DNA from: Squalus acanthias
Taxonomy: Eukaryota
NCBI GenBank assembly: GCA_030390025.1
Contig: CM059425.1
Location: forward strand, 172,734,001 to 172,798,000
Reading direction: 5' to 3'
Length of the DNA stretch: 64,000 nucleotides
A model generated the notes under the pieces. The model ran no database searches. It was not told the DNA's origin and was given only the letters and a program-made list of their open reading frames with translations. Shown here piece after piece: positions 59,730 to 64,000 of the stretch. How positions within the stretch are numbered: position 1 is the stretch's first letter; the number at the start of each line of letters is the position of its first letter. The position numbers and the translations under genes were made by a program.

Positions 59730-60858
59730 AGTGGCAGGGGGTTGGGCACCTGAGCAGGGAGACAGAGGAAAGCATGTCAGGAAGGGACAGAAGGTATGGA
59801 GTAAAAGGTAAAGTGTTAAAAAAGAAAAAAGCAGGAAGTAAGTGTCACAAAACATATTTGAAAGTTCTTTATCTGAATGCACGTAGCATTCGTAACAAAA
59901 TGGACGAGTTAACGGCACAAATAACTATGTATGGGTATGATCTTGTGGCCATTACAGAAACATGGCTGCAGGGTGACAACGACTGGGAATTAAATATGCC
60001 AGGGTATTTAACAATCAGGAAGGACAGGCAGGAAGGAAGGGGAGGTGGGGTGGCTATGTTAATAAAGGAAGGAATCACTGTAATACAGAGAAATGATATT
60101 GGGTCAAAGGATCAGGATAATGAAACAGTTTGGGTGGAGATAAGGAATAATAAGGGGAAAAAAACACTAGTGGGAGTAGTATATAGGCCTCCTAATAGTT
60201 GCAACTCTGCTGGAAGAAGTATTAATCAGGAAATAGTTGGGGCATGTAATAAGGGAACAGCTATAATTATGGGGGATTTTAACTATCATATTAACTGGAC
60301 AAATCAAATTGGGCAGGGCAGCCTTGAGGAAGAGTTTATTGAGTGTATTAGGGATGGATTTCTTGAGCAGTATGTCACTGATCCTACAAGGGGGCAAGCA
60401 ACCTTGGACCTGGTCCTGTGTAATGAGTCAGGATTAATTAATAATGTCCTAGTTAAGGATCCCCTTGGAATGAGTGACCATAACATGGTTGAATTCCATA
60501 TCCAATTAGAGGGTGAGAAGGTTGGTTCTCAAACAAGCGTACTGAGCTTGAATAAAGGAGACTATGATGGTATGAGAGTGGAATTGATTAAAGTGGACTG
60601 GGAAAATAGATTAAAGGGTAAGACGGTACATGAGCAGTGGTGTTCATTTAAGGAGTTATTTTACAACTTTCAAAAAATATATATTCCACTGAGGAAAAAA
60701 GGGTGTAAAAGAAATGACAGCCATCCGTGGCTAAGTAAAGAAATTAAGGATAGTATCTGACTAAAAACAAGGACATATAAGGTAGCCAAACTTAGTGGGA
60801 GGATAGAAGATTGGGAAGTCTTCAAAAGACAGCAAAAAGTAACTAAAGGATTGATTAA

Positions 60859-61151
60859 CATAGAAACATAGAAACATAGAAACTAGGAGCAGGAGTAGGC
60901 CATTCGGCCCGTCGAGCCTGCTCCACCATTCAATACGATCATGGCTGATCATCCAAATCCAGTACCCTGTCCCTGCTTTCTCACACAGAATCCCCATCGA
61001 GCCTGCACCGACACATATCCCCGTAACCCCACATATTTAATTCCCCCTAACATATCCCTTCCTATCCTATCCCCATAACCCCACATATTTAATCCCCCCC
61101 GAACACTAAGGGTCAATTTATCATAGCCAAATCAACCTAACCCGCACATTT
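60859..61151 (-). mobile_element. CR1 tail fused to V-SINE (HE1-like) 3' segment
   Basis: (CATAGAAA)n tail, then CAATTTATCATAGCCAAATCAACCTAACCCGCACAT; TTAA on both sides. Confidence 0.6.
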
Positions 61152-61550
61152 TTAAGAAAGGGAAGATAGATTATGAAAATAAATGAGCAAAAAATATAAA
61201 AACAGATAGCAAGAGTTCCTATAGTTATATAAAAAGAAAAAGGGTGGCTAAGGCAAACGTAGGTCCCTTAGAGGATGAGACCGGGAAATTAATGGTGGGA
61301 AACATGGAGATGGCAAAAATGCTGAACAAATACAGGAAACTCTCGTTTAAATGGCACCTAAATATCCGGAATTCTCTATTAACCGGCAAAAATCATACTC
61401 CGAAAACTCCTCTCAAATAACCGGCAATGTTTCCGAGTCCGAGTCTCCCGCGAACGCCGAGTTAGTCAGTGGGGGTAGTTCTCCAAAGTGCCACTACTCG
61501 GCTTCCTGGCGCTGTCGGAAGTCCGAACACTGCAATAACAGGAGTCTGAT

Positions 61551-61694
61551 TCTCCCGCGCTGCCGGGAGTCTCTTCTGATCGGCCATTTTACTGTGTGTC
61601 TCCCGCGCTGCTGGAAGTCTCTTCTGATCCACCATTTTACTGTGTGTCTCCCGTGCTGCTGGTAGTCTCTTCCTAGCCACCATTGTTCTGTGTG
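61551..61694 (+). repeat. Three tandem 48-bp repeats in the Tigger 5' region
   Basis: Unit TCTCCCGCGCTGCCGGGAGTCTCTTCTGATCGGCCATTTTACTGTGTG, with divergence. Confidence 0.85.
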
Positions 61695-61736
61695 TCTCTC
61701 CATCTTTATCGGGAATTATCTCCCCCATCTTGCACT

Positions 61737-63481
61737 ATGGAATTCCCAAAAGCTGGTCCAAGCAAAAGGAAGAGAGTGGTCTTAACTTTAAAACAGAAAA
61801 TCGAGATATGCCAACGACTAGAAAGGGGAGAGAAGTGTATCAACATTATGAATGAATTCAAAATCGGTTCGTCAACAATCTACGACATCAAATCGCAGAA
61901 GGATAAGCTGCTCAAGTTTTATTCAAGCTCGGAGACATGTAAGAGTGTAGAGAAACGGCGTACGTTTCGTAAGCCTAAGCTTGAAGAGCTGGATACCGTG
62001 CTTTATGAATGGTTTTCTCTTAAGCGTTCAGAGGGTGTTCCAATTTCCGGACCCATACTAATCGAGAAAGCGAAGGATTTCTAGGGAAGGATGGAGCTTA
62101 CTGACAAGTGTGCTTTCTCCGAGGGATGGCTAACGTGCTTCAAGTTACGGCACGGGATACGACGACTCGATATTTCCGGGGAGAAGAAATCAGCTGATCA
62201 CGACACCGCAGAAGAATACTGCGATTATTTCAATCGGATTGTGCAACAACATGATTTGTCGCCAGCACAGATATATAATGAAACTGGCTTGTTTTGGAGG
62301 TTTTTGCCAGAATCAACGCTTGCTGGGGCTAGTGAGGCTAATGCTTCAGGTTACAAGAAAAATAAAGATCGTGTAACCATGCTAACATGTGCGAACGCTG
62401 CTGGATCACACCGGGTTAAACTTCTTGTTATTGGGAAGTATAAAAATCCCCGTGCATTTAAAAATGTGAGGCACTTACCTGTTGAGTACAAAGCTCAAAA
62501 AAATGCTTGGATGGATAAGGAAATCTTCTCCGATTGGTTCCATCATAGATGGAACATTTCCGTAAAATAGGGAAACCTGAAGATAGCAAATGCATTTTAT
62601 TGCTTGATAATTGTAGAGCCCATCCGCATGAATCCGAGTTGGTTTCGGGAAATATTTTCACCATTTATTTGCCACCAAATGTAACTTCTCTCATCCAACC
62701 CATGGACCAGGGCGTTATCCAAAATCTGAAGTGTCATTACAAGAAAGACTTCCTACGTAAACTGATAAGCCAAGATGACAATATTCACGCATTTCAGAAG
62801 GAATACAATATTAAAGATGCCATCTATAATGTTGCATGTTCCTGGAACTTTGTGAAAGGTCACACTCTGAGGCAAGCCTGGCGCAAATTGTGGCCTTCTG
62901 TAATGTTTGCTGAAGGTTCTTCTTCAGAGGAGGAATTTCATGGGTTCAATGTTCGTCCCAAGAAGAGTACAATAATGGAAATGGCTGGCATGGTGAAAAA
63001 TGCAGGCCCAGCAAACCCTCTACGTCACCTCAGTGAAAGTGATATCGAGCAGTGGGTTGATGCAGATAGAGAAGTTGGTGTTGTGCATATGCTAAGTGAT
63101 GATGAAATAATTGAGAATGTTTTGAATCCAAAGAAAGAAAAGGAAAGTGAGATGGAAAGTGAAGAGGATGATATTTCTGAAGAGAACAAGATTTCTTGGG
63201 CTAAAGCTGCAGAAGGATTTTCTTCAATCCTCAAATTTGCTGAAAGGCAGACTTGCTACTCTGCCCAAGAAGTTATGCAACTCCATATTCTGCATTCCAC
63301 GTTTCTACAGAAAAGGCAAGAGTCCACTAAGCAAACCGACATCCGCAACATGTTTAAGAAAGCTTCCAAAAGAGTCGAAGCAGCGGAAGTGCCTGAAGAA
63401 TCTGTGGAATCTGTGGAAATGCATGATCCTGATGACCCAGCTGGCACGGATATTCCTGATGAACCAGCTGACTCGGAATAA
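61737..63481 (+). pseudogene. Tigger (CENP-B/Jerky-like) transposase pseudogene
   Basis: [52 protein letters not shown]; stop at 62082, frameshift ~62547. Confidence 0.93.
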
Positions 63482-64000
63482 GTGTACAGTCAACTACAGT
63501 ACTGTATACAGTCATTTATAAGTTTTGTTTTACTGTTAAGTAATTAAAGAGTTATGGATTACCCTCAACTGGCAGTACTGTACTTAATCAAGCATCTTCC
63601 ACCATCCATTTAACACAACATTCTATAAGTGAGTACCCAAATACTGCATACTGCACATTTCTTGATTTTTTTATTTTTGTTTGTTAAAAATAACCTCGGT
63701 AGATATAACTCTCCGTTATCCGGAATTTTTGTTCAACCGGCACCACCCCGGTCCCGTCAGTGCCGGATACCAAAGAGTTTCCTGTATTTTGTTTCAGTCT
63801 TTACGGGAGAGGACACTAAGAATATCCCAACACTGGACAAACAGTGGGCTCTAGGGGGGGAGGAGCTAAATACGATTAAAATCACTAAGGAATTGGTACT
63901 CGGTAAAATAATGGGACTCAAGGCAGATAAATCCCCTGGACCTGATGGCTTACATCCTAGGGTCTTGAGGGAAGTGGCAATAGGGATTGTGGATGCTTTG

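Larger units (their letters stand above)
61333..63784 (+). mobile_element. Tigger/pogo-family DNA transposon, full length
   Basis: TA TSD (61331-61332, 63785-63786); ~25-bp imperfect TIR CAGGAAACTCT...GGCAC. Confidence 0.95.
58510..64000 (+). mobile_element. Apparently 5'-complete CR1 LINE, running off the window end, with two nested insertions
   Basis: 5'UTR, ORF1, ORF2 APE domain; ORF2 resumes after 61152 and after 63785 (LNKY|FVSVFTGED, DKSPGPDGLHPRVL). Confidence 0.93.

Noticed and set aside
61737..63481. Domesticated TIGD/JRK gene
   Set aside because: Retains TIRs and TA TSD, sits inside a CR1, and has a stop and a frameshift
1..64000. Prokaryotic-type system (CRISPR array, retron, operon) suggested by many RT ORFs
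   Set aside because: Spliced vertebrate gene context; all RTs are LINE-type; no repeat-spacer array seen

Overview
Eukaryotic vertebrate genomic DNA; the repeat repertoire suggests a shark or other cartilaginous fish (inference). Seven consecutive, in-phase, GT-AG coding exons of Golgi alpha-mannosidase II (MAN2A1, GH38; about exons 6-12 by human numbering recalled from memory) lie on the + strand. Most of the rest is intron filled with nested transposable elements: CR1, L2, RTE and a Vingi-like LINE relic, Deu- and V-type SINEs, Penelope-like relics with decayed hammerhead cores, GG..CC MITEs with 3-bp TSDs, a hAT-like MITE, a solo LTR and a near-complete Tigger/pogo transposon. Most entries in the ORF track are TE fragments or noise. 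The most notable observation is an ORF1-less EN-RT LINE family ('family B') whose 5' end is a tRNA-derived A/B-box head. Nesting junctions show head and LINE inserted as one unit twice, the sense strand almost lacks TTTT, and a short head+tail derivative is also present. This suggests a possibly Pol III-driven LINE/SINE system. A CpG-rich fragment carrying three broken tRNA (Asp, Asp, Glu) relics is also present. TE boundaries were read by eye and are approximate unless a TSD is quoted.
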